64,000 nt of DNA. Source: Octopus sinensis. Lineage: Eukaryota. Positions 12,760 to 25,269 of this stretch are shown one piece after another; positions within the stretch are counted from its first letter, which is position 1, and every line of letters begins with the position of its first letter. A program made the translations under genes and the position numbers. The DNA is taken from NCBI RefSeq assembly GCF_006345805.1, contig NC_043022.1:4712001-4776000 (forward strand). The letters run 5' to 3'. The notes under the pieces are model-generated. The model made no database searches and was not told where the DNA came from. It worked only from the letters and a program-made list of their open reading frames with translations.

Positions 12760-13330
12760 GGATGGCTTAATGGTTTGGGTATTCGGCTCGCAATCGTAAG
12801 GTCGTGAGTTCAATTCCTGGTGATGCACTGTGTCCTTGAGCAAGACACTTTATTGCTCCAGTCCACTCACCTGGCAAGAATGAGTTGTACCAGTAATTCC
12901 AAAGGGGCCAGCATTATCACTTTCAGTGTCATGCTGAATCTCCCTAAGAGCTATGTTAAGAGTGTGGATGTCTGTGGAGTACTCAGCCACTTGCAAATTC
13001 CTTTCACAAGCAGGCTCTTCCATTGATCATATAACTGATGGAGTTACCAAAGTCACCTGGCTTAGTGGTCAAGGCCATGAGTTCAGCTCCTGGCAGTGGG
13101 TTGTGTCCTTGAGCAAGACACTTTATTTCACTTTATTGCTCCAGTCCACTCACCTGGCAAAAATCAGCTGTACCCATACTTTGAAGGGCTGGGCTGGCCT
13201 GGTCATATTCTGTGTCATGCTGAATCACCCCCAAGAACTACCTTAAAGGTATGCGTGTCTGTGGTGTACTCAACCACTTGCATGTTCATTTCACAAGCAA
13301 GACATTCCATTGGTCAGACCAACTGCAATA
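12760..13330 (+). mobile_element. Two tandem degenerate SINE family B copies
   Basis: tRNA-like head plus ttgagcaagacactttattgctccagtccactcacctggc core, twice. Confidence 0.75.
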
Positions 13331-13454
13331 TTCATCATCATAGCTGACAGACTGCCAGTAGTATTAACTACTGCTGCTACTTCTACGACTACTAATACTA
13401 CTACTAATAATAATAATAATAATAACGATGATGATGATGATGATTTCAAATTTT

Positions 13455-13870
13455 GCCACAAGGGCAGCAACATTGCGGGGAGGGGGGATGAGTCGATTAG
13501 ATCGACCCCAGTGTTCAACTGGTACTTATTTTATTGACACCCCTCAAGGCGGCGAGCTGGCAGAAACGTTAGCACGCCAGACGAAATGCGTAGCCGTATT
13601 TCGTCTGCAGTTACATTCTGGGTTCAAATTCTGCCGAGGTCGACTTTGCCTTTCATCCTTTCGAGGTCGATAAATTAAGTACCAGTTACGCACTGGGGTG
13701 AATGTAATCGACCTAATTCGTTTGTCCCTTCTATGTTTAGGCCCTTGTGGGTAATAAAGAAACATTTATTGACACCCCTCCCTCCAAAGGAAGAAAGACA
13801 AAGTTGACCTTGGCGGAATTTGAACTCAGAACGTAGTAACAGGCGAAATACCACTAAGCATTTCACCCGG
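13455..13870. mobile_element. SINE family C cluster, both orientations
   Basis: Family C consensus segments. Confidence 0.8.
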
Positions 13871-13908
13871 CATGCTAACGATTCTACCAGCTCATCACCC
13901 TAATAATA

Positions 13909-13957
<49 letters not shown>

Positions 13958-13970
13958 AAATAATAGCAAG

Positions 13971-14501
13971 GTAGTGACTCTCATGGCTTCTCAACTGATT
14001 GGAAGTGTTATCATGTACATTGTTTTGTCTTGGTATAAAAGATGGGCTACAGCAAATATTCTGCTCAATACCACAGATTTGCTTGTCAGTTGTTTGACCG
14101 TAACCAGTTGAGCATGTCCCTTAGTGGCTGACGATATGTGTATCTCTGATCATGAGCAGAAGTAGTTGGGGAGCATCATAGCCATGGGTTGAGAGAATTT
14201 CTTTGGGGTTTGGATAATTCACCTTTGGAAACATAGGTGTTTTGTTCATCATCCTTAAACAACCCTTGTTCAGGGACCTTTTCAGTGGGATGGATTACTA
14301 AACCTGAAGAAAATTCTAACTGGGCCCCACCTGCAAGGTCATGCACTGTTTATCTTGATATGAAATCACCATGTCGCGCACATATGGTTATGATGCATGT
14401 GCCCGGTGTACCCTTGTCAGCCGGGTAGTTATGATGGGCATACTGGGCTTCATATATTTTACCCCACTGTCACTTTGATGGCATGCACTGCTCTCTCACT
14501 C
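13971..14501. mobile_element. Unclassified ~560-bp interspersed repeat embedded in (AAT)n (copy 1)
   Basis: Co-linear, high identity with 34206-34764; both copies have (AAT)n on both flanks. Confidence 0.8.
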
Positions 14502-15112
14502 AATAATAATAATAATAATAATAATGCTTTTTTAAAAATAAGTTTTTCCTTATAATACTATCCAAAACCAATAAAAATATTTTTATTTTTCTCTTACATT
14601 TTTTGAATTTTTCTTCAACCACAACCTAAGCAAGTTAACAAAGGGCTTAATATACAGAATATTTCATTCCTGGGGAAATCAGGACAAAACCAAGAATATA
14701 TTACAAAATGTTGGATGTTTTGTGTTTTTATTCCTTTGTCTTCTTTTGCATAAAATGCACAAGCATGGCTCTGTAATAAGAAGCTTGCTTCCCAACCACA
14801 TGGTTCCAGGTTCAGTCCCACTGCATGGTGCATTAGGCAAGTGTCTTCTACTTAGGGCCTTGGACTGACCAAAGAGTGGATTTGGTAGATGGAAACTGAA
14901 AGAAGCCCATTGTGTGTGTATGTGTGTGTGTGTATATATATTGGCACATGTATGGCTGTGTGGTAAAAGGCTTATATTCTAGTCACATAGTTCCAGGTTC
15001 AGTCCCACTGCGTGGCAACTTGGGCAAGTGTCTTTTACTATAACCTCGGGCTGACCAAAGCCTTGTGAGTGGATTTGGTAGATGGAAACTGAAAGAAGCC
15101 CATCGCATATAT

Positions 15113-15313
15113 CAGTGGTTTTCAACCAGGGTTCCGCCAGTACAGTCCAGGGGTTCCGCAAGAAGTTACAAAACTGCTAAAATCGGCAGTAATTTTTAAT
15201 TTTCCTGTGCAGATATGTGTGCATAAGACAATCAAATTATTGCACAGGGGTTCCTCGAGCCAGTGGAATGTTTCCTTGGGGTTCCGCTCCAGCAAAAACT
15301 TTGAAAAGCACTG
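15113..15313. mobile_element. hAT-type MITE (201 bp) inserted in a SINE A microsatellite
   Basis: TIRs cagtggttttcaa / ttgaaaagcactg; flanks gcatatat / ttatatat (imperfect 8-bp TSD). Confidence 0.7.
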
Positions 15314-15356
<43 letters not shown>

Positions 15357-15479
15357 TATCTTATGTTGCCTGTATATATTTTATTAATTTGCCTATATGG
15401 CTGATAACTTGCTTGCCACTCGTGATGGTATTTTAACAACACTATCCCTTCTTATATTTATATGTATGTGTTTTGTGTG

Positions 15480-15810
15480 AAGGCGCATGGCTCAGTGGTC
15501 AGAGCGTCGAGTTTACGATCATGAGGTAGTGAGTTCGATTCCCAGACTGAGCTGTGTGTTGTGTTCTTGAGCAAGACACTTTATTCCACGTTGCTCCAGT
15601 TCACTCAGCTGTAGAAATGAGTTGCAACGTCACTAGGGCCAAGCTGTATCGGCCCCTTTACCTTTCCCTTAGATAACATCGGTGGTATGGAGAGGGGGAG
15701 GCTGGTATGCATGGGCGACTGCTGGTCCTTCCATAAACAACCTTGCCCGGATTTGTACCTCGGGGTAACTTTCTAGGTGCAGTCCTACGGTCATTCATAA
15801 CCAAAGGGGA
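15480..15810 (+). mobile_element. SINE family B2 (tRNA head + CORE-like domain)
   Basis: ggcgcatggctcagtgg A box, gagttcgattccc B box, ttgagcaagacactt core; sister copy at 42918-43230. Confidence 0.85.
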
Positions 15811-15854
15811 TCACCCTATATAGTATATATAGGGTGATAATATATATAATATAT

Positions 15855-15915
<61 letters not shown>

Positions 15916-15953
15916 TATATATATACATATATATATATATTATATATATATAC

Positions 15954-15985
<32 letters not shown>

Positions 15986-17164
15986 CATATATATAATATA
16001 TATATATATATATACAAATTGAGATAGGGGTTGTAAATGCAAACCTCCATGGGATAACATATATCCAATATACTGCTAGTGAAGTACCCAACACCGAAAA
16101 GTCAATCTGTAATCCATTAACCAAAAAGTTAACTTCGTTAATTCTTTGAAAAGGTAACAGAAATTAACGTTAACTTTTATTGAATGAGGCATAACTACAG
16201 TTTAATACCCCACCGAATTTGTTGCCTCATAACTTCCAGGAGAATAGATACTTTTTAACAAAACTTTCACCAAATAATCGCTTATTTCCTGTAAATTGAG
16301 TGTATGTAAATGACACACACACACACATATATACATATATATATATATAATGTGTGCATTATGTGGTCGGTTGAGCTGAAAATATGCAGACCTATGTTAA
16401 AAGTGCTGGCAAGTTTGCATGACAACTATTTTTTTTCCTCAAATGAAAGGCGCGACCTCTAGGACAAAATTCCTCATCTTATAAAATGTGGCCCCAGTAG
16501 ACCCAAATGAAATCGGGTTATATTAACCAAAATGTGAAAAGGGGTCTAAATGGGGCTGGAAGGGGATTAAAATTTAAAGGGGCGGGTGTTTAGCAATTCT
16601 CTGTTACATCAAGCTAAAATATTTGCGCCAGCCTCTTAATCGTCAATGTGTTGCCGTCCATGATGAAGAACTTTTGAATGCTTGCCATGGTGAGTCTACT
16701 GTCGTGAGAAAGAATCACTTCAAAACTTGGTGTTTAGGGATTTTCTTTTACAACAAGTTCAAAATTTTACTCCAGCCGTTAAACTGTCAAAACGTTGCTG
16801 TCCGTCGTTAAGAAATGCCAGCCATGGTGACTCTACTATCCTCAGATTGTATCCCTTCAAACTTTGGTTTCCAATATTTTATTATTTTTATTCAGCTCGC
16901 AACTTCGTCTGTCCCTTTTAAATGTTAGTGTTTTGCTGTCTGCCTTGAAGCAGACCTTTCCGTTGCCACTGCCTGATATTTATGATTGATCTTTCTAAAT
17001 ATTTTATTTTTCAACTTACTCAAGATCTTTTGTTGTTTATAAATGGGAGAGAGATAGATAAAGATAGAGAGTAAGAGAAAGCGAGGGAGAGTCCGAGAGA
17101 AAGGAAGAGTAAGAGAGTGGGGAAAGTGAGAGAGAAAGGAGAGAGAAACAAAGAGGGAGAATCA

Positions 17165-17480
17165 TCATCATCATCATCATCATCATCGTTTAACGTCCGT
17201 TTTCCGTGCTAGCACGGGTTGGACAGTTTGACCGGGGTCTGGGAAGCCAGGAGGCTGCACCAGGCTCCAGTCTGATCTGGCAGTGTTTCTACAGGTGGAT
17301 GCCCTTCCTAACGCCAACCACTCTGTGAGCGTAGTGGGTGCTTTTTTCGTGCCACCGGCACAGGTGCCAGGGGGGCGGCCAGCGGCCACGATCGGTTGGT
17401 GCTTTTTACGTGCCACCGGCACAGAAGTCAGTCAAGGTGGCGCTGCAATCGGCCACGTTCGGATGGTGCTTTTTACGTGT
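17165..17480 (-). mobile_element. Family D retroposon with (GAT)n tail
   Basis: Minus strand ggttggcgttaggaagggcatcc... ending in aacgatgatgatg. Confidence 0.85.
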
Positions 17481-17799
17481 TGAAAGGAAGCAACAGAAAG
17501 TAACAACCACACTCTTACCCGTGCGCGTAGAGCGGGTCCCCTTCAGCTAGTATATATATATATATAGATAGATAGATAGATAGACAGATAGAGAGAGAGA
17601 GAGAGAGAGATAGATAGATACGTACATTCATACATACATACATCCATACATATATGTATATAGTTTTGTTCACACTTGTCCAACAAATAGGTACATAAAA
17701 CTCTGAGTAACTGTTCTCTGATAATTTTGCAGCTTTAATAAAAGCATATTTCTCTACCTTTGCTAATCGAGTACTATTTTTCCCACCTTGTTTTGCACT

Positions 17800-18105
17800 T
17801 ATGTGTGTGTATAAACATATATGTGCGTGTGTGTGTGTATGTGTATAAATGTCTGTGTGTGTATAAACATGTGTGTGTGTGTGTGTGTGTATAAACATAT
17901 GTGTGTGTGTGTGTATGTGTATAAATGTATGTGTGTGTATAAACATATACGTGCGTGTGTGTGTGTATGTGTATAAATGTATGTGTGTGTATAAGCATAT
18001 ATGTGCGTGTGTGTGAGTGTGTGTGTATAAATGTATGTGTGTGTATAAACATATATGTGCATGTGTGTGTGTGTGTGTATGTGTATAAATGTATGTGTCT
18101 ATATA
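17800..18105. repeat. Compound (TG)/(TA) minisatellite
   Basis: Repeated gtataaacatatatgtgcgtgtg / gtataaatgtatgtg. Confidence 0.9.
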
Positions 18106-18652
18106 TCACGCAACTGTTCAGAGGAAATAAAAAAAAACGACTTCTTTTTTTGGGGTTGCAGAATACAGATGGTTTCCACTTTAATTCCGTGATGTTAGTT
18201 ACATCAGTGATGTGGCCCTTTATGATTTCAGTAACATACAAACAAACAAACAAAAACCCCTACCAAAATCCTAGAATATCAGAGCAAATCATAAAAAAAG
18301 TGCTTTCGGCAAGCTATCTCCACCCCCTCTGCGCTCCTCCCTCTCCATGCATGAAAGGCAAGGCTGTGCTCGTGATATAAACATCTATATCTCTTTATCC
18401 GTGTCATAACTTGATTCCAAAGTTGTCTCTTAACCTCAATGTGATAAATCTTTCTCAACATATATTATTGGCTTGCATCAATAAAAAAACATATATATAG
18501 AAAGAAAACCACCGTTTTTGTATGCTTTCTGCCAATAGATAATATCGGTAAAGTCTTTGACAGTATTCCCCATTACCTGGTCTTCAATAATTTCTTTACT
18601 GGAGACATTAAATGATGATGATGATGATGATGATGTGTGCAATTGTGTCTAT

Positions 18653-18689
<37 letters not shown>

Positions 18690-18712
18690 CGTATGTATAT
18701 ACTAGTATATGG

Positions 18713-19066
18713 CCCAGTGGTTAAGGCAGCGGACTCGCGGTCGTAGGGTCGCGGTTTTGATTCCCAGACCAGGCGTTGTGAGTGTTTATTGAGCGAAAAC
18801 ACCTAAAGCTCCACGAGGCTCCGGCAGGGGATGGTGGTGATCCCTGCTGTACTCTTTCACCACAACTTTCTCTTACTTTCTGTTGTACCTGTATTTCAAG
18901 GGGCCGGCCTTGTCACTCTGTGTCACGCTGAATATCCCCGAGAACTACGTTAAGGGTACACGTGTCTGTGGAGTGCTCAGCCACTTACACGTTAATTTCA
19001 TGAGCAGGCTGTTCCGTTGATCGTATCAACCGGAACCCTCATCGTCATAACCAACGGAGTGCTTCC
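18713..19066 (+). mobile_element. SINE family B1 (tRNA-Arg-like head)
   Basis: tggcccagtggttaaggcagcggactcgcggtc head; same consensus as 41010-41393 and 49601-49970. Confidence 0.9.
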
Positions 19067-19139
19067 TATGTATCTATTTATCTATATATGTATGTATATA
19101 CTGGTATATAAATATATTTATGCGTTTATATACAAGGGA

Positions 19140-19290
19140 GAGCAGATAGGTTCCTGGCTTTAAGGGTATCGTGAAAGGCCTGGTTGGAAGCTCAACCTTC
19201 CGAGTTCTTTTACAGGGCTTAGAAAAACTGAAAGACTGCTGCAATAACTGTGTGAATCCGAAGAGGGAAATATTTTGATAAAATCATTAT
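19140..19290 (+). mobile_element. Mariner transposase C-terminal remnant
   Basis: Frameshifted KAWLEAQPSEFF..QGLEKLKDCCNNCVNP..KYF matches the mariner C-terminal pattern. Confidence 0.45.
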
Positions 19291-19369
19291 TAATTGATCC
19301 TCTTGTAGTCTCTTTTGTCTAAAGCCAGAAACTTTTTAGCACCCCGTGGCTAATAAAGAAAGATGTCTA

Positions 19370-19403
<34 letters not shown>

Positions 19404-19734
19404 AATATGTGTGTGTGTGTGTGTGTGTGTGTGTATCATTTGTAAAAAACATAAATCCGAAAGAAGAAGTACACTCTAAGATGTAAAGCACTATATATTA
19501 AAAATGGGGGAGGCTGGTTTAAGGGATTACCTTAGGTTTCCCTTCCATAAAGGTTTTAGTTTTATGGCATATCATCAGACCCCAAAATCTGTTGGCCTAT
19601 GACCTCTTCAAAAAATGGAGGGGGAAAAGCATCGCTAGTCAAAAGTAAACAATTAGGGATTATCTCCCTTTGCCGTTGGCCATCGACTTCCAGCTGTGCT
19701 GCCATCTTGTGGGCTCCAAAAGGCTAGCAGGAAC

Positions 19735-19905
19735 CTCCCTGGCAGAAACGTTAGCACGCCGGGCAAAATGCTTAGCGGTATTTCGTCTGCCGTTACATTC
19801 TGAGTTCAAATTCCGCCTCGGTCGACTTTGCCTTTCATCCTTTCGAGGTCGATTAAATAAGTACCAGTTACGCACTGGAGTCGATGTAATCGACATAATA
19901 CTTAT
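19735..19905 (+). mobile_element. SINE family C
   Basis: ggcagaaacgttagcacgccggg head plus core. Confidence 0.85.
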
Positions 19906-20283
19906 GTCTGTCCGTTCTGGAGTTGAAAATAGTTGAGACCCCAGACCCTTACATCAATGGGATGAAGTGCTGCAATTTACGGCATAGCTGAATGTGCGAG
20001 AATCCTAAAAGACTCTCTTGAACCAGGGAACATCCTCAATTGCAGAACGGTTGTTGTTACTGCTGTTGTTGTTGTCATTGTTGGTTGCATTGTTGATATA
20101 GTTGTGGCCGTTTGTGTAGTTACTGAGTGTTTGTGTGCGTAGATGGCTTTTGCTTCCTATGTTGTTTGTATCTGTACCCTTTATACAGTTTTTTTCATCT
20201 ATTTTTATTTCTTATATTTATCATAGTGATCAATACACACACACACACACACAGACACACACATGTATATTTGTCTATTACTC

Positions 20284-20480
20284 TTTACTCTTTTACTTGT
20301 TTCAGTCATTTGACTGCGGCCATGCTGGAGCACCACCTTTAGTCGAGCAACTCGACCCCGGGACTTATTCTTTGTAAGCCCAGTACCTATTCTATCAGTC
20401 TCTTTTGCCGAACCGCTAAGTTACGGGGACGTAAACACACCAGTATCGGTTGTCAAGCAATGCTAGGGGGACAAACACAG

Positions 20481-20511
<31 letters not shown>

Positions 20512-20680
20512 CATATATACGACAGGCTTCTTTCAGTTTACGTCTACCAAATCCACTCACAAGGCATTGGTTGGCCCGGGGCTATAGCAGAAGACATTTG
20601 CCCAAGATGCCACGCAGTGGGACTGAACCCGGAACCATGTGGTTGGTTAGCAAGCTACTTACCACACAGCCACTCCTGCG
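20284..20680 (-). mobile_element. SINE family A, full length
   Basis: Family A consensus; abuts the 3' end of the PLE. Confidence 0.9.
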
Positions 20681-20699
20681 GCTATTGTGTATGTGTTAC

Positions 20700-22120
20700 A
20701 CTGTTTGTATCTTTCTTTTCGCCTTTCTGTCTTTAGTCGTCTTGTTGTGTGATGTGGTGGCGAGTATTATTGTTCCATTCATGTTTTCTGTTGAGGCTCA
20801 ATCTGTCTGTTGCTATGTGTATAGCCTCTGTGATCTCTCTAAGTGTCGTGTCAGTTCAATATGTTGATAATGTCTTAACTTCTATACTATTAACCATGCT
20901 CTTGTGTTCTGCTTGAGTATGTTGGTAGAGCACTAATGAGACTTTCTCTTCTTTGAGCTCCTACCAGTACTCACCTCTACACTCCCCTATGCTGCATGCT
21001 GTCTCTCCATTATAAATACCATCACTCAGTACATCGTAAGCTATATGCTATATTCCTAACCTCACAGATAACCTGTGAGCTCACCCTACATACAATACAA
21101 TTGTTCTCTGTACATAGAGACCTATCAAAAGGATAAGTTCTACAGATCAGGGATTTTATGGGAGCATCAGGCCTTTCTACTCCTTTAATCCATAGCCTTA
21201 TCTAGTTCACCGCCAGGAGTAGCATCAATGAACGTGACACTCTGGTATGTTCTGTTGTCATACCATGAGTTGGCCTTATGTCTTTTTTCTGGTCCTTTCT
21301 GTACTGTTCCTGGATTTACTTTTGTATAGCAGGCAGATCCCCTTTGCATCACTCTCTATGATGGCTTTGTACTTAGCCCTGGCTCCTTCATACACCCTAA
21401 TCCTGTCCCTCTGGTTGTAGCCAGAGAACTGCATGCAATGGATGAAGTGTTGCGTCTTTCCAATTCCATAGGGTTGCACATGCAAGACATATTCTTCATC
21501 ACTTCTCACCAAATCTTCTACGAGAATAGTAAACTTGGCATTGTCCGCAATAGCTATGTTCATGGGAATCATGTATTTAGAGGCCATTGGTTCGGCATAA
21601 TGGGAATGAAGGATCTGGGCCTTACTGTTCTTGGTCCCCAGCCAGAGTTCCATGTTTAAAACTGGTAGCCTATAGTTTGGGTGTTTGTTACAGTGGTCTA
21701 TCGTTACTTTAATACTCTGGTGAATGGAGTTAGCTATTTGCTGGATTCTCCCCATAGTGTTAGCTTCTAGATCACCAGCATTGTCTTGTGAGGTTGCTTT
21801 GGCTACTATGTTGATATCATCCACATACCAGGAGTACATGGTTTGGGTTATGGAGTTCTCAGCTAATTTCTCCTTAACTCTCCTAATCCACTACACCATA
21901 AATAGGTTAGCCACATCACCAGCAATACTGATTCTGATGGCTGCACCTTCTTCTTGGGTGTATATCTTGTTATTCAATTTAAATATGTGGCCCTTGAGTA
22001 GGATTTTGGTACTCGCATCCACTGTATGTGCAACCATCTTTTTAACCTGATCGTCATTTTCAGGGGTCCATATACCTCTGGTCTACTCATTCCATCTCTC
22101 TGTAGGGGGTCTTCTTGGTC
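20700..22120 (-). mobile_element. Penelope-like element (PLE), 5'-truncated and decayed: reverse transcriptase + GIY-YIG endonuclease
   Basis: Minus-strand translation gives KGHIFKLNNKIYTQEEGAAIRISIAGDVANLFMV*W...WYVDDINI...LPVLNMELW...YAEPMAS...FSGY (RT/thumb), YQSVTFIDATPGGEL (linker) and YNGETACSIGE...LYQH...H...LREITEAIHI...LNRKHEW (GIY-YIG). Confidence 0.9.
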
Positions 22121-22460
22121 ACGACAAAATCAGTAATGAAACCAACAATGACAACAGCAACAAATAATGACAACAACAACAACAACAACTAACCATGATG
22201 GTAGCAGCGTGGGCAAACACACAAAAACAGAGGGATACAGGAACAGTACCAAAAGTTGGGATCAAGGGTAGCAGTAGTGGCAATGAGGGAAGGAATAGGA
22301 CTGAGGGAAGGGTCATGGTGCTACTAAGAACAATCACACACACACACACACACACATACACACACATACACACACACAAACGTAAATGCATACACATGTA
22401 AGGATACACATCATAGGAGAACAGACTAAGCAGAGCAAGAGCACACGCAAAGATGGAAAG

Positions 22461-22505
22461 TGTTGCTGAAGAGGTCACAGATGTGTAATGAAAGATTTAT
22501 GGACA
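22461..22505 (+). ncRNA. Degenerate hammerhead-like motif (possible inverted PLE LTR remnant)
   Basis: CTGAAGA ggtcacagatgtgtaat GAAA gatt TA; stems I and II partly broken; AATAAA at 22533. Confidence 0.4.
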
Positions 22506-22736
22506 ATGGACAGGAGTTAGAATAAGAACAGCAATAAACAAGTGAAGAACAAATATACAGTGCGTGTGTTTATTTGGCAAAAAAATGACCGTCCCAAAAT
22601 ACAACAATATATATATATATATATAAAGATTAACAAGTAATGTAAAAATACATTACGGAGGATATATTATAAACAATTAATAATTATTTATGAATATATC
22701 AATGGCCAAACATGTTATCATAAAATACATAGAAAC

Positions 22737-22900
22737 AGAATGTTTATAATTATGAGCAAGTCACAGCTTTTATCGTGAAGAGAAATAATATGAGTGATTT
22801 AAATGGCTTTACAGTGGTTTTGACTGCTATTTCTAAACATGTAGGGGTTTTGAAACCCTCTCAGTTATAATTGTGACTTGATCATAATTATAAACATTCT
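22737..22900. mobile_element. Palindromic MITE-like element (~30-bp inverted ends), copy 1
   Basis: agaatgtttataattatgagcaagtcaca ... tgtgacttgatcataattataaacattct; second copy at 28678-28845. Confidence 0.75.
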
Positions 22901-22934
22901 TCTTATTATTATAATTATGATATATATATATATA

Positions 22935-23280
22935 TATGCCATTGCCAGCGCCACCCCGACGGGACTCCATGCCAGTGGCACATAAAAAGCACCATCCGAT
23001 CGTGGCCGTTGCCAGCCTCGCCAGGCCCCCGTGCTGGTGGCACGTAAAAAGCACCATCCGACCGTGGCCGTTTGCCAGCCCCGTCTGGCATCTGTGCTGG
23101 TGGTATGTAAAATGCACCCACTACACTCATGGAGTGGTTGGCGTTAGGAAGGGCATCCAGCTGTAGAAACATTGCCAGATCAGACTGGAGCCTGGTGCAG
23201 CCTTCTGGCTTCCCAGACCCCAGTCGAACCGTCCAACCCATGCCAGCATGGAAAGCGGAAGCTAAATGATGATGATGATG
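22935..23280 (+). mobile_element. Family D retroposon with (GAT)n tail
   Basis: 62-bp-type units plus ggcgttaggaagggcatccagctgtag and a tgatgatgat tail. Confidence 0.85.
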
Positions 23281-23293
23281 CTATGTATGTATA

Positions 23294-23335
<42 letters not shown>

Positions 23336-23924
23336 ATATATTGGTGACTACATCTACCAACATTATGATGGATCTCTGAGCCCCCAGAGATAACTCCTTA
23401 CCTCTTCCCCTTTACTTTTCTCTGTCCATTGTACTTTGTGTAAGTTTGATCTATCAATCTATAAATATCTCTGTATTTATACTTAAATATTCATTGTCTG
23501 AGAATCTTCAGTCGTTGCTTTCTTCCTGATTGCATGTGTGTGCACATACGCATGCACACACACACACACACACACAACACACACACACACATTGTATATC
23601 AAACCCAAGTTGTCACATTCGATTTGCTTATCTGCATAATTGCCTCCGTATCTACTCACCTGGATTCCTCTTGCAGCCACTCTTTACTCAGCAGAATCGG
23701 TCCCTTGTAATGGCATCGGAGTCTCTAAGTTCAAATTATTTGAGTGCTACTTAGTGTTTTCTGTACCAAGAATCTCTGGATCTCATCTGTTGATTGTACA
23801 CATACATACATGCATACATAAACACACGTACATATACATACACATATTCATACATACACACATATATACATACATGCATATATACAGACATACATACATA
23901 CATACACACATACATACATGCATA

Positions 23925-24472
23925 TATTATTATGGCTGCCCCCTCGTTATCGAGTATGGCCACTGCACGAAGCTTAGCTGTTACTGGTGATGTGATCGAA
24001 CGTGACTTTTTATCCCAGCCAAAGATCTACAATGTCTTGTACAGAATTAGAAAGTAAAACCTTTACCGGTAATAGCCGGCTGTAGTTATAACTGGGCTTC
24101 ATGTACCTTTGCATGTCGTTTAAGTCCTCCAGCCAAATTACACTCTCTTCCACATGCCCGACAGATATGATTAGTATGGTGTGTTACACCACCACCAGTG
24201 GCCAGGTTGTCACTCATCTGTCTCGTTTTATGACTACGAAGATGACTCATGAGTCCAGCTTTACTGAGGCCGGGTCTTGCACAGACACTGCATGTCAGCG
24301 TCAAAGGAAGACCCTTCCCTTCTGGAAGTGTAACAGCGATGCCCTTCCTGACATCTCTCCTTACTTTCTCATGTGCAACTTGATACCACCTTAAACAACT
24401 GGAACGTTTCCATCAGATGTGTCTCAGACAGATCTATGGCATTAAGTGGAAGGACCGCATCAGTGATCTTGA
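23925..24472 (-). mobile_element. RTE-clade LINE 3' end with 5' inversion
   Basis: Minus strand: C2H2-like TCSVCARPGLSKAGLMSHLRSH and CRACGRECNLAGGLKRHAKVH, with 3' end cgaggggcagccataataata. Plus strand 24375-24472: HLKQLERFHQMCLRQIYGIKWKDRISD. catgcata lies on both flanks. Confidence 0.85.
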
Positions 24473-25166
24473 CATGCATACATACAAATACACATACATG
24501 CATACATACACACATATATACATGCATACATACCTACATACATACATACTTGCATACATACACATACATACATACATACATACTTGTACACATATTTATA
24601 TATATACACATATACATACATGCATACATACCTACATACATACATACTTGCATACACACATACATGCATACATACCTACATACATACATACTTGCATACA
24701 CACATACATGCATACATACATGCACACATACCTACATACATACATACTTGCATAGACATACATGCATACATACATGCATACATACCTACATACATACACA
24801 CATACATACACGCATACATACACATACATACATACTTGCATACACACATACATGCACACATACCTACATACATACATACTTGCATACACACATACATGCA
24901 CACATACCTACATACATACATACTTGCATACACACATACATGCACACATACCTACATACATACATACATACACACACACATACATACATATTCACATACA
25001 TACTTGCATACACACATACATGCATACATACCTACATACATACATACATACACACACACATACATACATACATACCTACATACATACTTGCATACACACA
25101 TACATGCATACATACCTACATACATACATGCATACATACACACACACATACATACATACATGCATA
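24473..25166. repeat. (CATA)n-based compound microsatellite with ~40-bp superunit
   Basis: Repeated catacctacatacatacatacttgcatacacacatacatg. Confidence 0.95.
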
Positions 25167-25269
25167 TGTTGCTGATGTCAAGAATTTATAAACTTTCAAG
25201 ACAACGAAAAATAATTCATTTTTGGAATCACATCTCAAAGTCTGTGATTATAGCTTTAGACGTACTTCA

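Noticed and set aside
15480-15560. tRNA genes at SINE heads (also 18713, 41010, 49601 and others)
   Set aside because: A/B boxes are present but there is no complete cloverleaf or acceptor stem, and each continues into a SINE body
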